This document shows, in pieces, positions 48,571 through 59,100 of a stretch of DNA of 64,000 nt; the first letter of the stretch is position 1, and every line of letters begins with the position of its first letter. The position numbers and the translations under genes were made by a program. Origin of the DNA: Eubacteriales bacterium (lineage in GTDB: Bacteria; Bacillota; Clostridia; Oscillospirales; CAG-272); the NCBI GenBank assembly GCA_045651165.1, contig JAZRRX010000013.1:71319-135318 (forward strand). The letters run 5' to 3'. The notes beneath the pieces are model-generated. The model had not been told where the DNA came from. It did no database searches and worked only from the letters and a program-made list of their open reading frames with translations.

Positions 48571-50367
48571 TTATTTATCTTCTTCGGGAAGAAGTGCGAT
48601 ACCAAGCTCTGCCAAAGTCTTCTCATCCTGAGGAGCAGGACATTTACTCATAAGCTCACTTGCATTCTGTACCTTCGGGAATGCAATAACATCACGAAGA
48701 CTATCCGCCTCAGTCATAACCATAGCAAGACGGTCAAGACCCATACCTGAGCCACCATGAGGAGGTGCACCGTATTTATATGCTTCTACAAGGAAGCCGA
48801 ATTTAGCATCAATTTCTTCGGGTATAAGACCGAGCGCCTTGAACATCTTTTCTTGAAGCTGCCAGTCAGTGATACGGATAGAACCTGAAAGAAGCTCTGT
48901 ACCGTTAAGTACCATATCATAGCATCTTGCATAAACCTTACCAGGATCACTTTCAAGGTAGGGCAAGCACTCTTCAAGAGGCATTGTAAAGGGGTGGTGC
49001 ATAGCATCCCAGTGCTCAGTTTCTTCGTTCCATTCGAAGAATGGGAATTCTGTAATCCACAAGAAGTTGAATACGCCTGTAGGAACAAGGTCAAGCTTTC
49101 TTGCAACGATTTGACGAAGCGCACCAAGAGTAGGAAGAACAACCTTGTTCTTATCAGCACAGATAAGGAGAACGTCGCCCTTTTCAAGTCCAACAGTTGT
49201 ATAGATGGCATTAAGCTCATCTTCTGTCATAAACTTAGCAAATGAACAGTTAGGAGCATCATCTACCCAACGAACATAAGCAAGTCCCTTTGCGCCAATG
49301 CCCTTTGCGTGTTCGGTGAGCTTATCAATTTCTTTTCTTGTAAGAGTAGCAGCACCGCCCTTAGCAACGATACCACGAACGCTACCACCCATCTCAAGTG
49401 CAGATTTGAATACTACGAATTCACTATTCTTAACTGCATCGGAAATATCGATAATTTCCATGCCGTATCTTGTGTCGGGCTTGTCAGAGCCGTAACGATT
49501 CATAGCTTCAGTATATGTCATTCTCTGCATAGGAAGTTGAATATCAACACCAAGAGTTTCCTTAAACGCGCGCTGAATGAATCCTTCATTCATGCCCATA
49601 ATATCTTCCTGTGTTGCGAAAGACATCTCAAGGTCAATCTGTGTAAACTCGGGTTGACGGTCTGCACGAAGGTCTTCGTCACGGAAGCAACGAGCTAGCT
49701 GAATGTAACGGTCAAAGCCGGAAAGCATAAGCAACTGCTTGTAAATCTGAGGTGACTGAGGAAGAGCATAAAAGCTACCCTTATGAATACGAGAAGGAAT
49801 GATGTAGTCACGCGCGCCCTCTGGCGTGGGCTTAATCATCATAGGAGTTTCAATTTCAAAGAAACCGTTCTCGTAATAGTATTCTCTTGCGATGCGTGCG
49901 ATATCGTGGCGCATCTTAATATTTCTTTGAAGCTCTGGACGACGAAGATCAACGTAACGATACTTAAGAGCTGTTTCGTCTTTTACTTTCTTATTGTCAT
50001 TTACTTCAAATGGAGGTGTTTGAGCAACGGAAAGAATCTTAAATTCCTTAACGTAAACCTCAAGCATACCTGTGGGGAGATTGGGGTTAATAGCTCCCTC
50101 TCCTCTATATCTAACTGTACCATGAGCGCAAACAACGTATTCAGCACGGCAGGAGAATGCCTTGTCAAAGATTTCTCTGTCGGTTGTGTCGTCAAATGCG
50201 AGCTGAACGATACCTGTTCTGTCACGAAGGTCGATAAAGATGAGCGCGCCAAGGTCTCTTTGTCTTTGAACCCAACCCATTACGCAAACATCCTTGCCAA
50301 TATATTCTTCAGTGAGATGTGCACAATAGCACGTTCTCTTGTCATTATTACTTAAAAATTCTGCCAT
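48571..50367 (-). CDS. aspS: aspartate--tRNA ligase
   Basis: OB-fold N-terminus. Class II motif 2 FRDEDLRADRQPEFTQID and motif 3 GGSGMGLDRL. Bacterial-type insertion domain. Confidence 0.97.
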   Translation of the reverse strand: MAEFLSNNDKRTCYCAHLTEEYIGKDVCVMGWVQRQRDLGALIFIDLRDRTGIVQLAFDDTTDREIFDKAFSCRAEYVVCAHGTVRYRGEGAINPNLPTGMLEVYVKEFKILSVAQTPPFEVNDNKKVKDETALKYRYVDLRRPELQRNIKMRHDIARIAREYYYENGFFEIETPMMIKPTPEGARDYIIPSRIHKGSFYALPQSPQIYKQLLMLSGFDRYIQLARCFRDEDLRADRQPEFTQIDLEMSFATQEDIMGMNEGFIQRAFKETLGVDIQLPMQRMTYTEAMNRYGSDKPDTRYGMEIIDISDAVKNSEFVVFKSALEMGGSVRGIVAKGGAATLTRKEIDKLTEHAKGIGAKGLAYVRWVDDAPNCSFAKFMTEDELNAIYTTVGLEKGDVLLICADKNKVVLPTLGALRQIVARKLDLVPTGVFNFLWITEFPFFEWNEETEHWDAMHHPFTMPLEECLPYLESDPGKVYARCYDMVLNGTELLSGSIRITDWQLQEKMFKALGLIPEEIDAKFGFLVEAYKYGAPPHGGSGMGLDRLAMVMTEADSLRDVIAFPKVQNASELMSKCPAPQDEKTLAELGIALLPEEDK

Positions 50368-50516
50368 ATTAGTCTTCCTTTCCTTGCTAAAAGCAAAGCA
50401 AAATTTATCACTTTACATTATAAAACAGATTTCTATAAAAGTCAATATTTATTGATGATTTAGTGTGTAAATTTTGATTTATCGGTGACGGGCGATTCGT
50501 GTTTTTTATTAATGTG

Positions 50517-50545
50517 TTGACTTATATTACATAACGTGATATAAT
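50517..50545 (+). promoter_or_regulatory. sigma-A type promoter of the 50576 gene
   Basis: TTGACT (50517-50522), 17 nt, TGaTATAAT extended -10 (50540-50545). Confidence 0.6.
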
Positions 50546-50575
50546 CATCCTACAATATAACCAAGGAGGTATATT

Positions 50576-52336
50576 ATGAAAAAACGTTTTATTTTTGGAA
50601 TAGCCATTTTAATTTGTTTTGTAATAATGGCTAGCGCGTTACTATTAAATCATTTTAACAACACAAAAAAAGAACCAACAAAAACAGAAAAAATATGCCT
50701 CGAGCATACATTCGCTGAATATCAGTTTGATAAAAATGAACATTGGCGAGAATACACCTGTGGGTGTTCCACGCCTGATAATAAAGAAAGCCATCAGTTC
50801 AATGCATATATTATTACAGATGAGGGACATTATCGTCAGTGTTTTTGTGGTTATGCAGAAGCAGTTCAGGTGCATACATACAACTCTTTCTCTCACGATG
50901 AATATGTACATTGGAATAGTTGTATTTGTGGCTTAACTCAAGGGCCTGCTATTAAAGTTGATCACACTGATGAAAACAAAGATGGCCGTTGTGATGTCTG
51001 CAAATCTGCAAAGCCTTGTGATCACGTATATTCAGAAGAAACCTATTTTACATTTCTTGAGGTAACACTTGCTCCACACGACCCATGCCACATAAATTAT
51101 GTAAGATGCATACATTGTGGTGAGGTTAGATTTCCCATAGAAGAAGGAACTGGTAAAGAATACTCTATCTCATTGGGTATTGGAGCAGATGAATACTGCA
51201 ATAGCATTGTTCCCACATCCGCCAAGGCGGGAGATTATGTTACTATTCGCGTTCCAAGATTTGAAGGGAATTTACTAGTTGCTGTAAAAATCAACAACGA
51301 CATATATGCATTTGGCATTATGGAAAACGATGAATATACTAGGACACTTGCTTTTATTATGCCGGATGTTGACACTACACTTGATTTTTATCTTGTAAAT
51401 TATTCATCTGAAATAAACGACCACATTCAATATCTATATTATTTTGATACTTGGTTCATGGGTGCACAATCCGATGATATACGCGAAATTCGATACACCA
51501 ACTCTGACGATAAAAATGAAGACTTGGGTATCATTCCCTGCTATTATATCACGGATACAGCTGACATCAATAAAATTTTCAACGATCTCAAATTTACACA
51601 TGTTTATACAACACTACCCGCTTATCCAAGAGATTTCGTATATAAAACATTTACCTTTGTATCTTATGATGGATCTAATCATAAAGTTTCAATAATCAAT
51701 AATGACCTTGGCCATAAAGGAATTAATCTTTGGACCATACCCATACTCCAAGAATGCAGAAGCGTTCAAAGTTATTATAAATTTGATTCATTTTCAGCAA
51801 AAGGTCAACTATATAAATATGGTAACAACACCGACGCTTTGAACTCACTCAACAATATTCACACGTTCAAATTTGTTCCCTGCAATGATAAAAGCATTCT
51901 TGCACTTAAACCAACACATTATATTGAAACAAGTTTTAAAACTCTTTATATTGTAAATAATAAAACCTTTTATATCGTAGGTGATAATGGAGAAAAGTCA
52001 TATTTCACATTGCTTAATCTTGACTTTTATAAGATGATTGATGATGAATATATAATTTTATCCGCATACGAAGAATTAGGACACAAAAATCCCCATATCA
52101 TTAAATATTATGGAAAATATGAAAGTGGAGCTATAGTAGCATTGTTAAGTGTAGAAGGATATCTTGACTATTGGACACATGAATACATTGAGGATTTTAC
52201 ATTTGCTTATCCCAATCAAAATCATATTCAAGTGTTTCATAACGGTAGTTTTTATTCTCTCGAAAACGCATATCAAAAAGGGTATCTTACATATGATGAT
52301 ATTTCCTCAATCTATGAAATACACACAACCAAATAA
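50576..52336 (+). CDS. hypothetical secreted/membrane-anchored protein with an N-terminal Cys/His-rich module (paralog of 12193-12729)
   Basis: N-terminal TM. CLEHTFAEYQFDKNEHWREYTCGC module and DENKDGRCDVC motif are shared with the sigma-operon lipoprotein. The ~400-aa C-terminal region is unrecognised. Confidence 0.7.
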   Translation: MKKRFIFGIAILICFVIMASALLLNHFNNTKKEPTKTEKICLEHTFAEYQFDKNEHWREYTCGCSTPDNKESHQFNAYIITDEGHYRQCFCGYAEAVQVHTYNSFSHDEYVHWNSCICGLTQGPAIKVDHTDENKDGRCDVCKSAKPCDHVYSEETYFTFLEVTLAPHDPCHINYVRCIHCGEVRFPIEEGTGKEYSISLGIGADEYCNSIVPTSAKAGDYVTIRVPRFEGNLLVAVKINNDIYAFGIMENDEYTRTLAFIMPDVDTTLDFYLVNYSSEINDHIQYLYYFDTWFMGAQSDDIREIRYTNSDDKNEDLGIIPCYYITDTADINKIFNDLKFTHVYTTLPAYPRDFVYKTFTFVSYDGSNHKVSIINNDLGHKGINLWTIPILQECRSVQSYYKFDSFSAKGQLYKYGNNTDALNSLNNIHTFKFVPCNDKSILALKPTHYIETSFKTLYIVNNKTFYIVGDNGEKSYFTLLNLDFYKMIDDEYIILSAYEELGHKNPHIIKYYGKYESGAIVALLSVEGYLDYWTHEYIEDFTFAYPNQNHIQVFHNGSFYSLENAYQKGYLTYDDISSIYEIHTTK

Positions 52337-52338
52337 CA

Positions 52339-52368
52339 AAAATCCCTCTCTTGCGAGAGGGATTTTAT
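52339..52368. terminator. bidirectional intrinsic terminator
   Basis: AAAATCCCTCTC-ttgc-GAGAGGGATTTT. Confidence 0.85.
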
Positions 52369-52371
52369 TGT

Positions 52372-54090
52372 TTATTTAGTTGTTTCTTCAAAAGCTTTAT
52401 AAAGTCTATCACTCATTGCTTTAACTGTTTCGGCATTAACCTTAAGAACTTGTCTGTCATAGGTGAGGAGTCCGTTTGTTTCGTCCTCTACGTCGCTAAC
52501 CTGTGTATATACAAGGGCGCAAAGTCCTTGCTTTTTTATATGAGGAACAACCTGCTCATCATAAAGCGCGATAAAATTCTTTTCAAATTCCTCAACACCA
52601 TTATCGGCACTATATCCATAGGTATTGCTGAGATTAAATGCGTGGCGTCTGAGCTTACATGAGTAACCTCCAAACTCAGAAAGCACAAGAGGTCTTCCCT
52701 TTCTTGCTTTTAATTTGAGTTTTCTCATATAGATATGCTCGGAGTGAACGTCACTGTGCTTTTCCCAGAACCAACCAGATGTCGCATCATATACGCGAGT
52801 TGGATCATATTCTTTAAGTGCAAGATAGTTTTCGTCTGCATCAAATTGTCCCCAACCCTCGTTAAATATCGTATAATAAATAACAGATGGGTGGTTATAA
52901 AGCAAATCTATTGTTGCTCTTGAATCCTTTTCAAATGCTTCTTTGCGAAGTTTAGTAGCCTTGTGTGTTATGCCCCTCTTCAATCCAATTGTTGGAAGCG
53001 CAGTATCAACGAAAAAGCTATACTTTCCACTGTTAACCATATCCTGAAATACAAGCATGCCGTATTTGTCACAGTAATAATAGAACAACTGTGGCTCAAT
53101 CTTAATATGTTTGCGAAGCATATTAAAGCCGAGCTTCTTCATCTCAAGAATATCAAATTCAAATCCCTTTGGATTGGCAGGAAGATAAATTCCATCACAA
53201 TAATATCCTTGGTCCAAAAGTCCATGGCACAAAATAGGCTTACCGTTAAGAGAAATAAACGATTTTCCGTTCTTTATATTAATGCTCACGGTTCTAAGTG
53301 CAAAGTATGATTCAACTTTATCTTCACCGTAAGAAAGTGAAAATTCATATAAATGTGGATTATCGGGTGTCCAATTTATCGGATTTTCAACTTTAATATC
53401 AATAGAATTACCGCTAAATTTATATTCCTTTTCACCAATAACAAGTGTTTTTTCACCTACACCTGCATCAATTTCAAAATGCGCTCCAAAAAGATTAGGA
53501 GTAACCTTTATTCCCTTAATATAATCTTTTGGAACACTTTCACACCATACGGTCTGCCAAATGCCCGAAATGGGTGTGTACCACATTCCACCGCGGTCTT
53601 TTCTCTGCTTTCCATATGCGAGTTCTGTGTCAAGCTCGTCAACAACAATAAGTTTGATATTATTCTTTCCCTCTTTAATATATTCAGTAATATCAAAGCT
53701 GAAAGGAAGATATCCACCAACATGATCTCCAACAGGTTGACCGTTAATAAAAAGACGGCAAATTTGATCAACTGCTCCAAAATGAAGCAATACTCTTCCT
53801 TTGATAAAATCACTATCAAACACAACGGACTTTCTATAAATATAGTTCTCTCCTGCCTGCTTTTCGCGATTTATTCCCGAAAGACGAGTTTCGGGCGCAA
53901 AAGGAACTATTATTTTACCGAGTTTGGTTTCTCTGCCACACTTTTCTAAAGATAAATCCCACTCGCCATTAAGACAAAGATATGACTCTCTCTTAAAATT
54001 TGGACGAGGATATTCGTTCCAACTTGATGAATTGTCATTTTCAAAGGGAGTTTTCAAATATTTATTTAAAATTATTTCTTTTTTAGCCAT
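52372..54090 (-). CDS. glycoside hydrolase family 2 protein
   Basis: ATG at 54090 after GAGG. GH2 sugar-binding, Ig-like and TIM-barrel order, with the acid/base region YTIFNEGWGQ. Confidence 0.85.
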   Translation of the reverse strand: MAKKEIILNKYLKTPFENDNSSSWNEYPRPNFKRESYLCLNGEWDLSLEKCGRETKLGKIIVPFAPETRLSGINREKQAGENYIYRKSVVFDSDFIKGRVLLHFGAVDQICRLFINGQPVGDHVGGYLPFSFDITEYIKEGKNNIKLIVVDELDTELAYGKQRKDRGGMWYTPISGIWQTVWCESVPKDYIKGIKVTPNLFGAHFEIDAGVGEKTLVIGEKEYKFSGNSIDIKVENPINWTPDNPHLYEFSLSYGEDKVESYFALRTVSINIKNGKSFISLNGKPILCHGLLDQGYYCDGIYLPANPKGFEFDILEMKKLGFNMLRKHIKIEPQLFYYYCDKYGMLVFQDMVNSGKYSFFVDTALPTIGLKRGITHKATKLRKEAFEKDSRATIDLLYNHPSVIYYTIFNEGWGQFDADENYLALKEYDPTRVYDATSGWFWEKHSDVHSEHIYMRKLKLKARKGRPLVLSEFGGYSCKLRRHAFNLSNTYGYSADNGVEEFEKNFIALYDEQVVPHIKKQGLCALVYTQVSDVEDETNGLLTYDRQVLKVNAETVKAMSDRLYKAFEETTK

Positions 54091-54098
54091 ATTCAACC

Positions 54099-55397
54099 TC
54101 AAACATTTGAATTTCTTTTAGTAATCTTTCCACAAGCAATCATTACTATTATAGCCACAAATGCTGCCACAAGAGCACCTATAAAGATATTTTGATTAGG
54201 AATAAATGACTGTGTACCATCCGCATTAGTAATCATTTCCGCATTGCGCAAAATCCATGAGCCAATTTTCGGACCAATTACACCAGGAACGAGTACTTGT
54301 GAGAAAATACGAACGCCTTGGAACATTCCTGCCTTACCAACAGGTGTCAAATCTCTTATCTTCGCACCGAAAACTGCCATTCCCGCAAGGTATCCACTCA
54401 TCATAAGAAGTGAGCCAACAAACACAAGCGCGGTATTCTTAAATAAGAAAAGCACTACATATCCTGCGCAGAGCCAAGCCATTGAGAAAGTAACAGAATA
54501 ATTAAATCCTTTTTTATCATATGTCTTACCCCAAAGAGCAGTAACTACTGATGCCACCACTATTGCAGGAGCCATAATAAGCACGTAATTTGCCATTTCA
54601 AGTGATTTTTCATAATAAAGAATAAGATATGGCATAAATATCTGAATTGAGATATTAAATATTATGAAACAAGCAAGATAAATATAAAGTGAAACATTAC
54701 TCTTTATTGTGGAAGGCAAAAATCCGTGAACAATATTGCGAAGATATCCTGTTTCTGATGGCTTAATTTTGGGATCGTCAATAACAAAGAAACCAATTAT
54801 ACCGATAACAAGCACAGCTACACCTATAATTGTGAAAACCGTGGGCCAATAAGCAGGATTTCCCTCTTTAGGAATGAACATAAAGCCACCGAATACAACC
54901 AAAATCGCAACGAGAGGCATCATAGCGTTAATTCCCTCTGCAGAGCCACGGTTGGTATCGTCAGTTGAGTCTGTAAGCCATGCATTAAACGCCGCATCGT
55001 TTGCAGATGAACCGAAGAATGTCATAACACAGTCAAGGATAATTACCAAAGATACACCAACAGTTGCAACTGACATAGTTGCAGGAACAAGGGGCTCAAT
55101 TACGTCTGCTCTGATAAGAGCAAATCCAAGAATAGAAATACCCCAAAGGATGTAACCACCACAAATAAACAATTTTCTTTTGCCCACTCTGTCAGAGAGT
55201 GCACCGATAAAGATTGTGGTTAATGTAGCAGCTATAGCACTTGCTGCAACCATAGTTGAAATATCCCCCGCGTTTGCGTTGAACATATCGTAAATAAATA
55301 CATTAAGATACATATTTTCGATGACCCACGCAACCTGTCCAACAAGACTGAAAAGCGTTAAAGCCACCCAAAACTTTTTGCTAAGTTTGGTTTTCAT
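54099..55397 (-). CDS. MFS transporter (glycoside-pentoside-hexuronide-type suspected)
   Basis: ATG at 55397 after GGAGG. About 12 TM. SDRVGKRK loop motif. Immediately upstream of the GH2 gene. Confidence 0.85.
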   Translation of the reverse strand: MKTKLSKKFWVALTLFSLVGQVAWVIENMYLNVFIYDMFNANAGDISTMVAASAIAATLTTIFIGALSDRVGKRKLFICGGYILWGISILGFALIRADVIEPLVPATMSVATVGVSLVIILDCVMTFFGSSANDAAFNAWLTDSTDDTNRGSAEGINAMMPLVAILVVFGGFMFIPKEGNPAYWPTVFTIIGVAVLVIGIIGFFVIDDPKIKPSETGYLRNIVHGFLPSTIKSNVSLYIYLACFIIFNISIQIFMPYLILYYEKSLEMANYVLIMAPAIVVASVVTALWGKTYDKKGFNYSVTFSMAWLCAGYVVLFLFKNTALVFVGSLLMMSGYLAGMAVFGAKIRDLTPVGKAGMFQGVRIFSQVLVPGVIGPKIGSWILRNAEMITNADGTQSFIPNQNIFIGALVAAFVAIIVMIACGKITKRNSNV

Positions 55398-55550
55398 AAA
55401 TACCTCCATTTTTAATATATAAACATTTTATCACATAATCGAATAATTGTCAACTTGAAAAGATTTGCATTTATCAAATTATTGGTTGACAATCCTTGTT
55501 TTTTGTGATATAGTTAGGTTAGCAAAACTATTGTTAAAGGAGAGACAACA

Positions 55551-56021
55551 ATGTTATTCAAAAAATATTCTAAATTAATCGTAGGTTTTATAATTTTGGT
55601 AGTTGCTTTATCCGTTTGTAGTTGTGCTGCAGTTCAATCTATACCTCGCGATGTACAAAGAATTAGTGATTTAAAAAATGAAGTGGTTGCAATTTCTGAA
55701 CTTAAAGATCCAGAGGAAATAATCACAAGATTGGAAGCTCTTATCCACCCCGACTCTGGCTTCACTAAAGAATCAATCCTTGAAAAAGTAAAGACATCCC
55801 CCGCTCTTGAAGGCGTAGATATTGAGGCTGAATATCAAAAAGGATATAAAATCGGTGACTTTTCTGACTATAACTTAAAGCTCAACGACCCTAATCTTGG
55901 CGGCAACGTTTATGAATTAAGCGTTAAGGTTACCGTTGGTGACGTAGTTTTCACTATACATCTTGACCTTCTCAGCGATGAAACACAAATCGGTTTGTAC
56001 GATTTTGAAATTACTAGATAA
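55551..56021 (+). CDS. hypothetical lipoprotein
   Basis: Signal peptide with lipobox LSVCSC. 156 aa. No motif recognised. Confidence 0.6.
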   Translation: MLFKKYSKLIVGFIILVVALSVCSCAAVQSIPRDVQRISDLKNEVVAISELKDPEEIITRLEALIHPDSGFTKESILEKVKTSPALEGVDIEAEYQKGYKIGDFSDYNLKLNDPNLGGNVYELSVKVTVGDVVFTIHLDLLSDETQIGLYDFEITR

Positions 56022-56126
56022 TACATAAAATTAAACTAAAATACCCCAAGATGATTCTTGGGGGATTTTTTATATTAGAAAAACGGCACGGATAAATCCG
56101 TGCCGTTAAATATTATTTATTGCTCA

Positions 56127-59100
56127 TCAAGAAGCTGTTCTTCGGAATTCCATAGTTCCTTGAAGGAATTCCGTTTGTAACAATTTTGCTGCCGATTTAG
56201 CATTTTCGAAAGACGTATACTCATTTTCATGTTTGCCATTGTAACTATAATAATAATATATTCTCCAACCGGTTGGATGTTCAAAAGCAACACTTTCAAG
56301 TAATGTGCAACCTCTGAATGCGTAATGACCTATATAAGTAACGGATTCAGGAATAGTTATTTCTTTAAGTGACGTACAACCGCCAAATGCAGATTTATTA
56401 ATAGTACTTAAGGAACTACCCAACGTTACGTTTTCAAGTGCAGTGCATCCATAGAATGCATAATTACTAATATATATTACTGAATCGGATATTACCACAG
56501 TTTCAAGAGATGTACAACCGCGGAATGCCTCTTCGCCAATGCTTGTAACACTATCGGACATTGTTACACTCGTGATTGATTTACATTTATAGAATGCATA
56601 ATTGGGAATACTTGTTACACTATCGGGAATTACCACTTCTGTTAAAAGCTCACCCTTCAAATACAAATCAGCGCCTTTGAAATCATCAGAAGCTATACTA
56701 GCAAAGAAATTCGCCTTCAAAAACGTATCAATTTCTCCATTATAATATACAGTACTTATAGAGTTACATCCATAAAATGCCTGATTACCAATACTCTTAA
56801 CTGACGAAGGAATTGTTATGCTTGTAAGTGATCTACATCCACTAAATGCTTTCGATCCAATACTTGTTACCGTATCAGGTATCACTATACTTTCAAGAGC
56901 AGAGCATCCTTGGAATGTACCTGTATATATCGTATTGCCTGTATAATAATCTCTATAACTGTATGAAGCAAGGTCTTTCAAATTGCGACTCAATACCACA
57001 TTTTTCAAAGAAGTACAACCATTGAACGTTCCACCTGTGAGCGTTGTAAGTGAATCGGGAAGCACTATGCTTTCAAGTGAATTACATCCGTTAAATGCAA
57101 GCTCAGCTATCTTTGTTAACTGGCTGTTTTCTTCAAATATTACACTTTGAAGTGCCGTACATCCATTAAATGCAGATGCGCCGATAGTAGTTACAGAATT
57201 GGGAATTATTATATTTTGGAGTGCAGTACAACTAAGAAATGCATAATCACCGATAGTGGTTAATTGACTATTTTCTGCAAATATTACATTTTCAAGTCCA
57301 ACACACGCATTAAATGCATAGTTTTCAATGCTTGTTACAGAGCTTGGAATATGTATGGTTGTCAATTTATTGCACGCGGACAAGTTTTGAACCTTAGTTA
57401 CTCCCTCTTCCAAAATTATAGTTGTAAGATTTTTAATATCACCATACAAATATTTGGGAATATCACCCTTAAATGTAATGGTGGAAAGCGCATCACAACC
57501 ATAGAATGCATATTCGCCAATAGTTGTTACTGAAGCAGGAATAACTATGCTTTTAAGTGATGTACATCCGTTAAATGTATTTTGACCAATCATTGTTACT
57601 GATTCGGGAATAACAATACTTTCAAGTGATGTACATCCCTGGAACATACCGCTATATGGATTGTAGTAATATGACGCAATCTCTGTGATTCCATTACCCA
57701 AGGTTACGTTTTTCAAGGATGTACAGCGATAGAACATGGCTCCGCCAAGTGATGTTACGGAATCAGGAATCACAATGCTATCAAGCGCAGTGCATCCCTC
57801 AAATATCGCATCTCCCATCGTTTTTACAGAATTGGGAATTGTTATGCTAACAAGTGATGAACAACCATAAAATGCTCTTTCTTTGATCTCAACAAGAGAA
57901 CTTCCTAAAGTTACGTTCTTCAAGGACGTACAACCATGAAATACATCATACCAAATTGTTTCAACAGAATTAGGAATGATTATGCTTTCAAGTGAAGAGC
58001 AGAATTGGAATGAATAAGAACCAATGTTTTTCAACTGGCTATTTGCATTAAAAGTTACAAATTTAAGTTTTGGACATTCATAAAATGCATATGAACCAAT
58101 TTCATCCACGGATGAAGGAATTACTATTCTTTCAAGCAAAGCACAATCCATAAATGCTTGATTGCCAATTTTTATCAAACCATTTGGAATTACAATGCTT
58201 GTAATTGTATCACAATTATAGAAAGCAGAATCTCCAATACCCGTTACAGGCAATCCCTCGTGTGTTTTGGGAATAATAATTTCAGTATCAGTGCAATTTC
58301 CTATATATGATACACAATAACTTTCACCATCATAATTCTTGGTAAATTCCAATCCCGAAGAACCATAAGAAATAGTACCGTCACTTGAAACAGTTCCCTC
58401 ATTAGTCTTTACTGTGCAATCTGCAGAGGTGGTATTCCATCCACTATTTGCAGAAATTGACTGCCATTCACTAATTGAGCCCTTGAAATTAATCTTGACA
58501 AGAACTACGCAACCGCCAAATGCAGAAGAACCTATGCTACCTACTGTAGATGGAATTGTAATTTCAACAAGCAATACGCAACCATAGAATGCGCTATCAC
58601 CAATATATGTAACTCCCTCAGGAAGATTGATTTTAACAAGTACGATACAACCGCTGAAGGCAGAAGAACCAACACTGGTCAACGTGCTTGGGAATGATAT
58701 GTTTTCAAGTGCTTTACAATTTTCAAATGCACTATTACCAACAGTTGTTAAGCTTTCACCAAGAGTAACATTAACCAAAAGTGTGCAGTTATAGAATGCA
58801 TAATTGCCGATAATAGTAACGGAAGAAGGAAGATTGATTGTTACAAGAACTACACAACCGTCAAATGCGTGGTCACCAATTTCAAGAAGACCTTCACCAA
58901 ATGTTATGTTAACGAGAAGAACACAACCATAGAATGTATAGGGCTGAATTACCGTTACACCGCCGGGGATATTGATCTCAACAAGCACGATACAACCACG
59001 GAATGCCGCTTCGCCAATTTCAGTTACGGTTGCGGGAAACTCCATACTTTCAATAGAAGAACAATTTTCGAATGCACTATCACCAATGCTTACAAGAGAA

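Noticed and set aside
53353-53949. 198-aa plus-strand ORF, and similar ORFs at 52963-53310, 58869-59513, 49783-50355 and 46327-46860
   Set aside because: All lie antisense within well-supported genes (GH2, LRR protein, aspS, cysS). They have low-complexity composition and no ribosome binding sites.
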